From: a virus
Lineage: Duplodnaviria > Caudoviricetes
DNA: 57,428 nucleotides
Virus record (IMG/VR): IMGVR_UViG_3300046786_000092
Coordinates: 1 to 57,428 of that record
Strand: one strand, 5' to 3'
Position 1 is the stretch's first letter. Each line of letters starts with the position of its first letter. The position numbers were made by a program, and so were the translations under genes. Of this stretch, positions 35,704-44,650 are shown piece by piece. The notes under the pieces were generated by a model. It worked only from the letters and a program-made list of their open reading frames with translations, made no database searches and had not been told where the DNA came from.

Positions 35704-36125
35704 ATGTGAGATAGTCTATCAAGAGAGACCTTGTAAAAGAGTTCTCCTTGGTAGACATATTTATTTCTAGACTCTTTAACTTCTGAGTCTAACACAGCAG
35801 CAGCTTCGCAATGAAACAAGGCTGTTCCATCTTTGTTAACTGAGAAGAAGTATGTAGGCATCTCTTGTGTTAAGAGTTTCTTCTTCCTAGCAGGTACATT
35901 CAAATCTTCATAGGGAAACTCTACAGTTTTCCATGACAGTCTGACTTCTACCTCAGCATATCCCACCAACAAATCATCTTTGTATAGATGCAGATCAATC
36001 CCATATCTATCGGGATTATCCCTAGCTTCCATATTCCAAAAAGAAGAGATATAGCTTTTAACTACATCTCTTCCAAATTTGTCGTATGTGTCGTGGAGTT
36101 CTTTATCGAACCGCTTTGTAGCCAT
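35694..36125 (-). CDS. Putative PD-(D/E)xK-fold nuclease-like protein
   Basis: YGIDL...YAEVEVR motif; start moved to MATKRFD. Confidence 0.55.
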   Translation of the reverse strand: MATKRFDKELHDTYDKFGRDVVKSYISSFWNMEARDNPDRYGIDLHLYKDDLLVGYAEVEVRLSWKTVEFPYEDLNVPARKKKLLTQEMPTYFFSVNKDGTALFHCEAAAVLDSEVKESRNKYVYQGELFYKVSLDRLSHICL

Positions 36126-36294
36126 TGAGTCTTTCAAGATTATCAAAGTAGCCACGATTAAAACCTCGTTGCCACTCTTTACCTGCCACGGATACTGGAT
36201 CGTATTGATTCACAATCCATCCGTGTCTGAAAGCTTTATAGCCTTGTTCAAATTGAATACGCAAAGGTGCAGATCGTTCAGACTTGACTTGCAT
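36103..36294 (-). CDS. Ribosome modulation factor-like small protein
   Basis: Start moved to MQVKSER (SD AAGGGG); FEQGYKAF...NQY...EWQRGF pattern. Confidence 0.5.
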   Translation of the reverse strand: MQVKSERSAPLRIQFEQGYKAFRHGWIVNQYDPVSVAGKEWQRGFNRGYFDNLERLNGYKAVR

Positions 36295-36295
36295 G

Positions 36296-36502
36296 TTATT
36301 CCCCTTTAGTTTTGTTGCCCTTAACAAGTTCGCCAATCTCTTCGAACTCGCCAATGTACACGCTAACAAATGGCAACTTGATTAGTATACCACTATAAGA
36401 AAACAATTTATCACTATCTGTACCATCATCGATGATGTGGCAGATGGTTTCATTGAACTCAATATCAAGGCCAATACCTTGTCTAAAATCTACAACTATC
36501 AT
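36296..36502 (-). CDS. Hypothetical protein
   Basis: Start MIVVDF by ATGA coupling with nrdB. Confidence 0.65.
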   Translation of the reverse strand: MIVVDFRQGIGLDIEFNETICHIIDDGTDSDKLFSYSGILIKLPFVSVYIGEFEEIGELVKGNKTKGE

Positions 36503-37470
36503 ACAGCTTTCCCCCATACATCGTCCCATGTACCAGTGGTAGCACCCTTGCTATAGTCTGTTACACGCTGCTCAAAGAAATTGGTGTGGCTAACACCAAG
36601 CATTCCATCCACCCAAGGTAGAGGATTCTTCTTGATCTTGTAGATGCCCTTCATTCCCATAGCAATGAGTCTGCGATCTGCAATGTATCGAATGTATTGC
36701 TTCACTTCTTCCTTCGTGAGTTTCTCAACTTCAACCATACTGAAAGCGAGATCAACGAATTGGTCTTCAAGACAAACCATCTGATCCGCAATCTCTTTAA
36801 TACGATCCGAAGTGGTTTCGTCCTGATGGTGCTTAACATACTCACGGTAAACCTTAATCATACCTTCAGCATGCTGAGTCTCATCCACTATGGACCAAGC
36901 AATGATCTGACCTAGTCCTTTGAGTTTACCATTTCTTGCAAAGTTAAGCAACATAACAAAGCTAGAGAATAGTTGCATGCCTTCTCCGAATGCAGAGATA
37001 GCAGCAATCTTCTCAGCCATTGGTGCTGCATTAAGATTGTTAATGTAGTCATGCTTCTCCACCATTTCCTTATACTGGAGGAACTCATTGTAGGTAGACT
37101 CAGGCAAGCCCAAGGTTTCAATGAGGTGAGCATAGGCTGCCACATGCAGGGCTTCCCTACCTGCAAAGCCACTCATCATCATCCTTACCTCAGGTTGCTT
37201 GAACACTGGGATGTAGTGGTCATGATAACCACTGCCAATGTCCAAGTCACCCTGCACAAAGAAGCGTAAGATTTTAGTAAGGAACTCTTGTTCCTGTTTG
37301 CTCAGCTTCTTATAGTCTTTAACATCCTCAGACATTGGTACTTCTGTATGAAGCCAATGGCTTTGCTCATGTTGCAACCAAGCATCATAAGCCCAAGGAT
37401 ATTTGAATGGTTTAAATGTTGTACGCTCTTGCGTGATATCTGATTTTGTTCTTACCATATCAACCTTCAC
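36499..37470 (-). CDS. nrdB: Ribonucleotide reductase class I beta subunit
   Basis: FFVQGD, EALHVAAY (radical Tyr), EGMQLFSSF, DETQH, NFFE....Y. Confidence 0.95.
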   Translation of the reverse strand: MKVDMVRTKSDITQERTTFKPFKYPWAYDAWLQHEQSHWLHTEVPMSEDVKDYKKLSKQEQEFLTKILRFFVQGDLDIGSGYHDHYIPVFKQPEVRMMMSGFAGREALHVAAYAHLIETLGLPESTYNEFLQYKEMVEKHDYINNLNAAPMAEKIAAISAFGEGMQLFSSFVMLLNFARNGKLKGLGQIIAWSIVDETQHAEGMIKVYREYVKHHQDETTSDRIKEIADQMVCLEDQFVDLAFSMVEVEKLTKEEVKQYIRYIADRRLIAMGMKGIYKIKKNPLPWVDGMLGVSHTNFFEQRVTDYSKGATTGTWDDVWGKAV

Positions 37471-39241
37471 ATGCTAAACAAGTATCACCATCTGCCACCG
37501 TCTTCAGATCAATCTCATCTTCAATACGCTGACGCTTAATCTGAGCACCCACTTTATCTGCCTTCCGCACCTTCTCAGAACGGAGATAGTATAAGCTTTT
37601 CAGTCCACTCTTCCAAGCAAGGAAGTGAATGGCATGCAGATATTTAATGGATACATTGGCAGGAAAGAACAGGTTAATGCTCTGACCTTGGTCAATATAT
37701 TGTTGACGATCTGCTGCAAGTTCAACCAACCAACGCTGATCAATTTCCATAGCAGTCTTAAACACTTCCTTCAGGTTATCAGGAATATCTAAGTGCTGTA
37801 CAGATCCTTCGTTGCTGATGATGGATGCCCATGTATCATCATCATCCATACCCAGTGCAGCAAGTTGCACCTTCAAGAACCGATTCTTATAAACGAACGC
37901 TCCACTAAGTGTGTCTTGCCTAAATACATTCGCTCTGTACGGCTCGACTGAAGGACTAGTATTCCCCATGATAAGACTACTACTGGCATTAGGAGCAATA
38001 GCAGTGTGATGACTAAACCTTCTGCGAACAAGACCATGACCAGCATCGATGCAACTGCCACGCTGTTGCTCCAAGACAGAATCAGCCCATAGACACGAAG
38101 CATGTATATGTTTAAATATTTCATTGTTATAACTCTTAGCCATCACACCATCGATGGCTACACCTTTCTTCTGTAAAAAAGCATGGAAGCCTAGAGCACC
38201 AACACCGATGCTACGCTCCATCATTGCACTAAACTTAGCCCGAGAGATTGTTGACGGTGCTTTGTCAATGAAGTATTGCAAGACATTGTCTAGCATTTCC
38301 ATAACATCCAAGATGAATTGCTTATCCTTCTTCCACTCATCATAGTATTCCAAGTTGAGGGAAGACAAGCAACACACTGCCGTGCGTTTCTCACTGGTAG
38401 GCAGAAAGATTTCTGTACACAGATTGCTGCCATTGATCTTCAAACCTTTGTTGCTTAACCAAGAAGGCATCGCTTTGTTAGCTGTATCAATGAATACCAA
38501 GTAAGGCTCACCTGTCTGCATGCGTAGGTCTAGGATCTTTTGCCACAGATACTTAGCAGACACTGTCTCAACCACTACACCAGTGGCAGGATTCTTCAAT
38601 TCAAAACTGTCATCAAAGTCTGGGTCTTTCATGGCCTTCTCAATGATGGTCATAAACTCATCAGTGATGTTGATGCCATGATGCAGGTTCAAGGTGCGTA
38701 CATTCTGGTCACCTGTAGGCTTACGCATCTCCAAGAACTGGATGATGTCAGGGTGATGAATGTCTAGGTAAGCAGCATAGCTACCTCGTCTTGTGCGGCC
38801 CTGACGATAGGCCAATGAACTTGCGTCATAGATTTTAAGGTGAGGCATAACGCCAGTAGACTTATCATCACCGTTACGAATGCCAACATGAACACCAACG
38901 CCTCCTCCAAACATAGAGAGCCAATTAGTTTCTGATAAGTTATCGACCAGACCTTCTGCACTATCATCCATATAGTTAAGGAAACAGCTAATAGGGAGGC
39001 CACGCTTAGAGCGACCAAAAGATAGGATAGGTGTAGAGTAGCTAAGCCAATGCTTGCTACTGTATTCATAAAGCCGCTGAGCATGTTCTTGATTGGAAGC
39101 AAACGATCCTGAAACATATGCAAATCTTTCTTGAGGACTAACCTCTTCTTCTCTCATGTAACTTTCTCTTAATCTCTGGATGCCTAGTTCATCAAACAAT
39201 GCGTCCCGAGACAGGTCAATGTTGACCTTAAACTTTGCCAT
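37460..39241 (-). CDS. nrdA: Ribonucleotide reductase class I alpha subunit (no ATP cone)
   Basis: ISCFL, SNLCTEI, APNASSS, LYY and C-terminal CLACEG; start moved to MAKFKV. Confidence 0.95.
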   Translation of the reverse strand: MAKFKVNIDLSRDALFDELGIQRLRESYMREEEVSPQERFAYVSGSFASNQEHAQRLYEYSSKHWLSYSTPILSFGRSKRGLPISCFLNYMDDSAEGLVDNLSETNWLSMFGGGVGVHVGIRNGDDKSTGVMPHLKIYDASSLAYRQGRTRRGSYAAYLDIHHPDIIQFLEMRKPTGDQNVRTLNLHHGINITDEFMTIIEKAMKDPDFDDSFELKNPATGVVVETVSAKYLWQKILDLRMQTGEPYLVFIDTANKAMPSWLSNKGLKINGSNLCTEIFLPTSEKRTAVCCLSSLNLEYYDEWKKDKQFILDVMEMLDNVLQYFIDKAPSTISRAKFSAMMERSIGVGALGFHAFLQKKGVAIDGVMAKSYNNEIFKHIHASCLWADSVLEQQRGSCIDAGHGLVRRRFSHHTAIAPNASSSLIMGNTSPSVEPYRANVFRQDTLSGAFVYKNRFLKVQLAALGMDDDDTWASIISNEGSVQHLDIPDNLKEVFKTAMEIDQRWLVELAADRQQYIDQGQSINLFFPANVSIKYLHAIHFLAWKSGLKSLYYLRSEKVRKADKVGAQIKRQRIEDEIDLKTVADGDTCLACEG

Positions 39242-39264
39242 ATAAATACTCCTGTTAGGGTGGG

Positions 39265-39286
39265 AAAAAAGGGAGCCGAAGCTCCC
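39265..39286 (-). terminator. Rho-independent terminator between thyX and nrdA
   Basis: GGGAGC-TTCG-GCTCCC then T-run on the minus strand. Confidence 0.8.
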
Positions 39287-39317
39287 ATGAAAAGAAAGGT
39301 AGTTATACCTCAGATGG

Positions 39318-39944
39318 CTACTGCTTGCTCTCAACAAATAAAGAAGGGAATAAGTTTGTTAGTACTATCTTACATTGTTCTGCTATCTCACGATGTTCTT
39401 TCTGTGTTGCTTTGTCACAACGAATATCCACATAATGCATCCAACTTCTGAGTGTACCATTCATGTACATCCTACTAGTAGTTAGTCCTTCAGGTAACAC
39501 CTTTCGAGCTACTTCCTTAGCTATGCCCATGCCCAATGCAGCCTCATAGGACCGCTTAGCAGCGATTAAAACATCTTCCTGTAGCTCATCCCATACCTTA
39601 ACCATTTCACGGTCTTGTACAGGGATTGAGTTCTGTCTATTCTTATTATCCTGCAGCCTCACTTCACTAGTTTCATAGCGTGAGGAAATAGCATAGCGTT
39701 GTGAGAATTCTTGGAAGCTAAAGCTACGATGACGCAGGATCTGACGAGCAATATCCCGAGTAGTTTCAATTTCCATACAGACATTGACCATCTCAAATGG
39801 TGACCAATGTTTGTTATTCATCAGATACTTCAGAAGCTTAGGAGCTGTCTCAGGATTGTCCTGATTCTCTGGGTTGCTCACCCTCGCCATGTACGCTATC
39901 AGGTGTTCCGCATTCGGAGTTGCCCATATCAAAGTTACCGACAT
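39318..39944 (-). CDS. thyX: Flavin-dependent thymidylate synthase
   Basis: HWSPFE and RHRSFSFQEFSQRY signature; start moved to MSVTLIW. Confidence 0.95.
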   Translation of the reverse strand: MSVTLIWATPNAEHLIAYMARVSNPENQDNPETAPKLLKYLMNNKHWSPFEMVNVCMEIETTRDIARQILRHRSFSFQEFSQRYAISSRYETSEVRLQDNKNRQNSIPVQDREMVKVWDELQEDVLIAAKRSYEAALGMGIAKEVARKVLPEGLTTSRMYMNGTLRSWMHYVDIRCDKATQKEHREIAEQCKIVLTNLFPSLFVESKQ

Positions 39945-40083
39945 ATTTCTTTCCTTCTTCAAGACCATTCTGAATGGCTGTCATTATACCCAAGTTAAGT
40001 AAGATGTTTCTTTCTTCATTGGTCATATCAAATGAATAGGTTGCACTACCGTCTTCATTCTCTTTCAACAATTCTACATTCAT
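39850..40083 (-). CDS. Hypothetical protein
   Basis: KENEDGSA motif; ATGA coupling. Confidence 0.65.
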   Translation of the reverse strand: MNVELLKENEDGSATYSFDMTNEERNILLNLGIMTAIQNGLEEGKKYVGNFDMGNSECGTPDSVHGEGEQPRESGQS

Positions 40084-40460
40084 TTCTTTTTCCTTTCTGA
40101 TTTTTCTTCCTCTGTCTTCACCTTATGACAAGGCTTACACAACACTTGAAGGTTCTCAATTTCACAGAAGATGCGGTCAATGAATGAGTCCCATCCAATG
40201 AACCCCACCTTAGGATCTACTACTGGTAACACATGATCTACCTGCACATCGGCAGCAACAAAATGCTTCTTACATTTAGCACACTTGTAATGCATTGCCA
40301 GTTTGCCTGTCTTCTTGTTAGTCTTCCTGCCAACGAAGGCTTCTTTCAAAGCCTTGAACTTAGGAGGCCAACGCCTAGATGCAGCTCTTAGTGCAGAGGT
40401 GACGAAGCTTCTAAACCTAGCGTCTGTCCACTCGCCACCGTTTCTTTTCTTATCTACCAA
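40080..40460 (-). CDS. HNH endonuclease
   Basis: CAKC...VDHVLP...NLQVLCKPCHKVKT. Confidence 0.88.
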   Translation of the reverse strand: MVDKKRNGGEWTDARFRSFVTSALRAASRRWPPKFKALKEAFVGRKTNKKTGKLAMHYKCAKCKKHFVAADVQVDHVLPVVDPKVGFIGWDSFIDRIFCEIENLQVLCKPCHKVKTEEEKSERKKK

Positions 40461-40650
40461 TTTGTGTATCTACTAAATGCGACATGTCAGCAGCATCGTA
40501 ATGCACAAATAAATCTCTGGCTATCGCCAGTGCTTCGTCAATATCCAGAGCAACAAACTCAGAAAGATATTTATCATACTCCCCTTCAGCCACATGCTCA
40601 ACAACATAGCCATTGCTTGCCTCTCTAATGGTTACTGAATTAACTTTCAT
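40450..40650 (-). CDS. Hypothetical protein
   Basis: 66-aa ORF in tight operon. Confidence 0.65.
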   Translation of the reverse strand: MKVNSVTIREASNGYVVEHVAEGEYDKYLSEFVALDIDEALAIARDLFVHYDAADMSHLVDTQIGR

Positions 40651-40823
40651 TCCAGTCCTTCAATATCTACGAAACGAAAGATGACATCCTTAGCATCCAT
40701 TCGTTCCAACGAAGCAGTTAAGTTTTCAGTGATGGCTTCACTCAGCACTTCTTCATTTAAGTAGACATTGGGTAGGTCTTCAGGTCTGAAGAAAACTTTA
40801 AGGTGGATATCAACAGCAATCAT
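40647..40823 (-). CDS. 58-aa hypothetical protein, not in ORF track
   Basis: MIAVDIHLKVFF...DIEGLE; ATGA coupling on both sides. Confidence 0.65.
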   Translation of the reverse strand: MIAVDIHLKVFFRPEDLPNVYLNEEVLSEAITENLTASLERMDAKDVIFRFVDIEGLE

Positions 40824-41083
40824 AATCGTTCCAATCTTTCTTCCACTAGTCGGGCATAGCCAATGATGTCATGCCATGAGTCATGATACCAAGGATCACC
40901 ATTAACAATGCGAGAGATTTTATTACAGATGAGGTCAAGGCTTTCCTTCATATCATCATCCATTGAAGTCCACTCAGCACCAGAACGAAGAGTGTCTTTC
41001 AATGCTTGTGAAACTCTGGAGACATCTTCTTTGTAGTTACCATACCTAGTACCACGCTGTGCCAGTGTGTCATCTACATTCAT
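40820..41083 (-). CDS. DUF6378-like protein
   Basis: RGTRYG...KISRIVNGDP..HDSWHDIIGYARL. Confidence 0.75.
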   Translation of the reverse strand: MNVDDTLAQRGTRYGNYKEDVSRVSQALKDTLRSGAEWTSMDDDMKESLDLICNKISRIVNGDPWYHDSWHDIIGYARLVEERLERL

Positions 41084-41418
41084 TGAATGCCTCCTACTGT
41101 CTTTGTGTTAATGGTGAAGCTACCATCACCAAAGCTGTCATGGTTTGGATCGTAGGCAAAGTCACCCACATCAGCAAACACTTTGCCACAATAAGCAACA
41201 AGCTTATCTGCAAGCTTATCGTCTTCTTCCATGTGCTGAATAGTTGCTGCCAATATCATAGCCATACCAATCAGGTTATCTGTATCATCTTGGCTAATAG
41301 TTAGAGGACCATAGCCACTGACCAACACCTGAAAACTCTTGGTGTATACACCGTCCACAATAGTAGGACGGAGAATCAGTGCAATGTCATTAGGCTTTAA
41401 GCTTGTGGGGGAGTCCAT
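41080..41418 (-). CDS. Hypothetical protein
   Basis: 112-aa ORF in operon. Confidence 0.7.
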   Translation of the reverse strand: MDSPTSLKPNDIALILRPTIVDGVYTKSFQVLVSGYGPLTISQDDTDNLIGMAMILAATIQHMEEDDKLADKLVAYCGKVFADVGDFAYDPNHDSFGDGSFTINTKTVGGIQ

Positions 41419-42098
41419 ATTTGTCCTTCATATCTGCGTAAGAAAAGAAGCTGAGCATTCTCTAACACACGCTCAGCATTACCCTCGTAAGCTTCCAACA
41501 CTTTGTTGTATAGCTCAAGTTCATTTGTTGTGTCCCCAATTATTTTGGCTGCTTTCACTGGACCAACACGGAATAATCCTTTGATGTTATCAGCAGCATC
41601 ACCTGTCAGCATCTGCGTGTACAACTTTACCAGAGCTTCCTCTGGTTTGATGTAATAGCCTAGATGTTTAACAAAGTTGTAATGCCAACCAACAATCTGA
41701 TCTAAGTCTTTATCTAAAGACACAATGACACAATTGTCACCAAGCCTTGTAGCTTCAATGGCAATTGCATCATCGGCTTCCTGACCATCAGAGATGGTGG
41801 CTCCCCATTCATTTACCAAATAGTTTCTAAGGAAAGCTAGATGCTTTGGCTTAGGCTTGTCCACTCTGTTACCTTTATAAGGTACGGTGGTAGCTATCTG
41901 ATATCTGAAGTTGTTCTTACCTGTTAAGAACATGTGCCAGTCATCTACAAAACAATCGGGATAGATGTTATCAACACCGCACATGAGGACATCAACTACT
42001 AAACGATCCAGTGTTCGCTGTGCCGTTGCTTCGTCTTCGTCCTCACATGCAGATGCTGCTCGATATGCGAAGATGTCGCTATCGAACAGGGCTTTCAT
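41397..42098 (-). CDS. 5'-3' exonuclease (T7 gp6-like)
   Basis: DSD, NFR...YKGNR, EADD, DKDL, GDAADNIKG..GPVKA. Confidence 0.92.
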   Translation of the reverse strand: MKALFDSDIFAYRAASACEDEDEATAQRTLDRLVVDVLMCGVDNIYPDCFVDDWHMFLTGKNNFRYQIATTVPYKGNRVDKPKPKHLAFLRNYLVNEWGATISDGQEADDAIAIEATRLGDNCVIVSLDKDLDQIVGWHYNFVKHLGYYIKPEEALVKLYTQMLTGDAADNIKGLFRVGPVKAAKIIGDTTNELELYNKVLEAYEGNAERVLENAQLLFLRRYEGQIWTPPQA

Positions 42099-42518
42099 TT
42101 ACAGCACATCCTCATCGTCTGCACTGATGCCACTACCTGCAGCATACTCAACCAAGTCAGTGATGACCAGCTTCTTCAACGAAGGGCTAACACCTTTCTT
42201 GTTCTTGTATGTCCAAGAATAGCTAGATACCAAAGCCTTAGCCTTACTACCGTTGCCAATGGCTTCAGTAATCTCATCATTGTCTGTATCAAAGACACGC
42301 ATAGGCTTCTCTGATTTGCATGTGATGTAACGACCCATGTCAGACTTCTTGTCTTCGCCAGTCTGAACACTGATGCCCATCTCTTCCAATGCTTCAACAG
42401 CAGCATCAGACAAGTTGCACAAGTTAATCTGGAACTTGCCAGACATGTCGTTCACCTTGTTATGTTGACACCAAAAGATATCAGCCTTAATCTTAATAGC
42501 TTTCTTTTCTTCACTCAT
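42099..42518 (-). CDS. ssDNA-binding protein (T7 gp2.5-like)
   Basis: IGNGS motif, acidic C-terminal tail, between polA and exonuclease. Confidence 0.75.
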   Translation of the reverse strand: MSEEKKAIKIKADIFWCQHNKVNDMSGKFQINLCNLSDAAVEALEEMGISVQTGEDKKSDMGRYITCKSEKPMRVFDTDNDEITEAIGNGSKAKALVSSYSWTYKNKKGVSPSLKKLVITDLVEYAAGSGISADDEDVL

Positions 42519-42551
42519 AATTTTCTCCAATATGAAAACCCACCTGTATCG

Positions 42552-44267
42552 TTAGTGGCACTCACGCCAGTTGTTGCCAACCTTACCTTCGGCATCTACT
42601 GGACAACGGAAAGCTAAAGCTTCACCTGCTTTGGTTGCTGCTTGCTCGATGAGCTTAGCTGCTTCCTCTGCCTGATCTTCTCTCACTTCCCATTGTGTTT
42701 CGTCATGTACAAACGCCAACAGTTTAGCATCTATCTGCTTCTCTTGCAACAGCTTTGTTGATTCAACAAGCCACTGCTTAGCAATGATAGCTCCTGCACT
42801 TTGCAGTAATGTATTCAAAGCTGCATGCTCAGATCTAACCCACACCCTACGCCCATCCAATGCAGGGAGGTGACCCTTAGCCATCAGCTTAGATATCTTC
42901 TTCTTCAGTTCAGCAAGGCCGGGTGTGTTATTGATAAAACTATCAATAAGTTTCTTGCCTTTACTACTGTTACCACCAACAATCGATCCTGCCTTGGCAG
43001 CACCTGCACCATACAACACACCATATGTCAGGGTCTTGGTAGTATTCCTAGCCTTCTTATGCTCAGGATTGTTATCGTCCTTAACAGTACCCTTCTCCAC
43101 CAAGCCAAAGCTTTGTGCATTAAACCAGTGGATGTCACCCTTAAGCAACTCATCAATCCATTCCTGATCCTTGAGGTAGTGACCTAAGCAACGAAGCTCA
43201 ATGCCTGACAGGTCAACACCAACCTGCTTATACCCAACAGGCACACGCCACATCTCTCTGCACTCAGCACCAAAGGGACTACCAACCGCAGGAACTTGTG
43301 CCATGTTAGGACTACTGTGTGTAGCTCTGCCAGTGACAGCACCATTAGTAGTGACTCTACCGTGTACTCGTCCATCATCGCCCACCAGTTCCAACCAACT
43401 ACTGATCTGAGCCACACGCTTTTGAATCATTAAGTATTCAGCTACAAGCTTAGCCTCAGGCAAGTCAATCTTCTCAAGCACAGCTTCATCCACAATGACA
43501 TTGCCTTTGTCTGTGTGTTTAGTAAACTTAACACCAAGCCCTGCCAATCGCTCAGCAATTTGCTGCCTACTTCCGGGATTAAAGACGGTAATCTTATCCT
43601 TCAGTTGCTTGCCTGTCTTCTCAGAGATACGCTGCTCAACGATAGGAGGGAACACCTTCTGCATACTCTCCTCAATGTCAGACATGCGTCCACTGAGGGT
43701 GGCATTGAGTACCATAGCTTTCTCCATATCTAACATGAAGCCATTGTCTTCCATGCCACGACAGATGATGGCAACATCATGCTCAAGCTGAATGCTTTGT
43801 AGGGAAAACCCTTCCTTCACCATCACTGTTGTCAGGTGGTTGTACAGTTTCTCAAGCAGCAATACATCCTGCTCACAGTAGATAGCCATGCTCTCAGTGT
43901 AGCCACCATCAAAGTCAGTAAAGCCAATCTTGTGACTACCCAAGCGATAGCCCCATGCCTCTAGGCTGTGTGGACTAGGGGCTTTGCCCTGCTCAGGAAT
44001 AACAATGTCAATGTCAGGCTTGTATAGACGAGACATCACCAATGTATCCACTAACTTGTTGTCAGGAATGCCAACACCCCATACCTTCTTCAGGACAGGT
44101 GCATCAAACCCAATGATGTTGTGGCCTACCACTTGCTCACCATCTAAATATTCTTGCAAGGTGTCGGCTTCCCGCCAGTGCCTTACCTCACCAGTGGTGT
44201 TGTGCTTAGTAACACACAGCCAGATGGTGTCATGTTTCAGGTTTGTCTCTATGTCTAAGAAGATCAT
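42552..44267 (-). CDS. polA: DNA polymerase family A with 3'-5' exonuclease
   Basis: DIET, HNIIGFD, DLSGIELR, KTLTYGVLYG, VHDE; start moved to MIFLDIET. Confidence 0.96.
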   Translation of the reverse strand: MIFLDIETNLKHDTIWLCVTKHNTTGEVRHWREADTLQEYLDGEQVVGHNIIGFDAPVLKKVWGVGIPDNKLVDTLVMSRLYKPDIDIVIPEQGKAPSPHSLEAWGYRLGSHKIGFTDFDGGYTESMAIYCEQDVLLLEKLYNHLTTVMVKEGFSLQSIQLEHDVAIICRGMEDNGFMLDMEKAMVLNATLSGRMSDIEESMQKVFPPIVEQRISEKTGKQLKDKITVFNPGSRQQIAERLAGLGVKFTKHTDKGNVIVDEAVLEKIDLPEAKLVAEYLMIQKRVAQISSWLELVGDDGRVHGRVTTNGAVTGRATHSSPNMAQVPAVGSPFGAECREMWRVPVGYKQVGVDLSGIELRCLGHYLKDQEWIDELLKGDIHWFNAQSFGLVEKGTVKDDNNPEHKKARNTTKTLTYGVLYGAGAAKAGSIVGGNSSKGKKLIDSFINNTPGLAELKKKISKLMAKGHLPALDGRRVWVRSEHAALNTLLQSAGAIIAKQWLVESTKLLQEKQIDAKLLAFVHDETQWEVREDQAEEAAKLIEQAATKAGEALAFRCPVDAEGKVGNNWRECH

Positions 44268-44427
44268 CGTCCTTGTCCTTATCATTTTGTCGGAGATTGT
44301 TAACATCTACCGACTGTTTGTAATCTTCTACTGAGTCTTTGCCAAAGATGGCATTCCATCTAGTAGCCCACTCATCATCAGCTATTGTTCTGGGACGCTG
44401 AGTATGTCCCTTTCCTCCATCACTCAT
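44230..44427 (-). CDS. Hypothetical protein
   Basis: MSDGGKG..QRP...W..IF small phage protein pattern. Confidence 0.65.
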   Translation of the reverse strand: MSDGGKGHTQRPRTIADDEWATRWNAIFGKDSVEDYKQSVDVNNLRQNDKDKDDDLLRHRDKPET

Positions 44428-44650
44428 CGTAAAACTGCCACACCACTACAGGTGTGTCCTTTCCTATGTAAGCACCCTCAATATTAAAGTCGATGTATTC
44501 AACGGCTTCGTCATGAGACATGCCATCTCTAATTGTTAACTGCTCCACCATCTTGTCACTGTGGTAGACCAGTACATCAACACGCTCATTACCATTCCAT
44601 ATAGATGCCATACCTAATATGGCACTATCAAATCCATCCCACTTCTTCAT
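44420..44650 (-). CDS. Conserved hypothetical phage protein
   Basis: DGFDSAILG...EAVEYIDFNIEGAYIG..TP. Confidence 0.75.
   Translation of the reverse strand: MKKWDGFDSAILGMASIWNGNERVDVLVYHSDKMVEQLTIRDGMSHDEAVEYIDFNIEGAYIGKDTPVVVWQFYDE

Noticed and set aside
36499-44267. Introns or inteins in nrdA, nrdB, thyX, polA
   Set aside because: All reading frames are continuous, of normal length and lack splicing motifs
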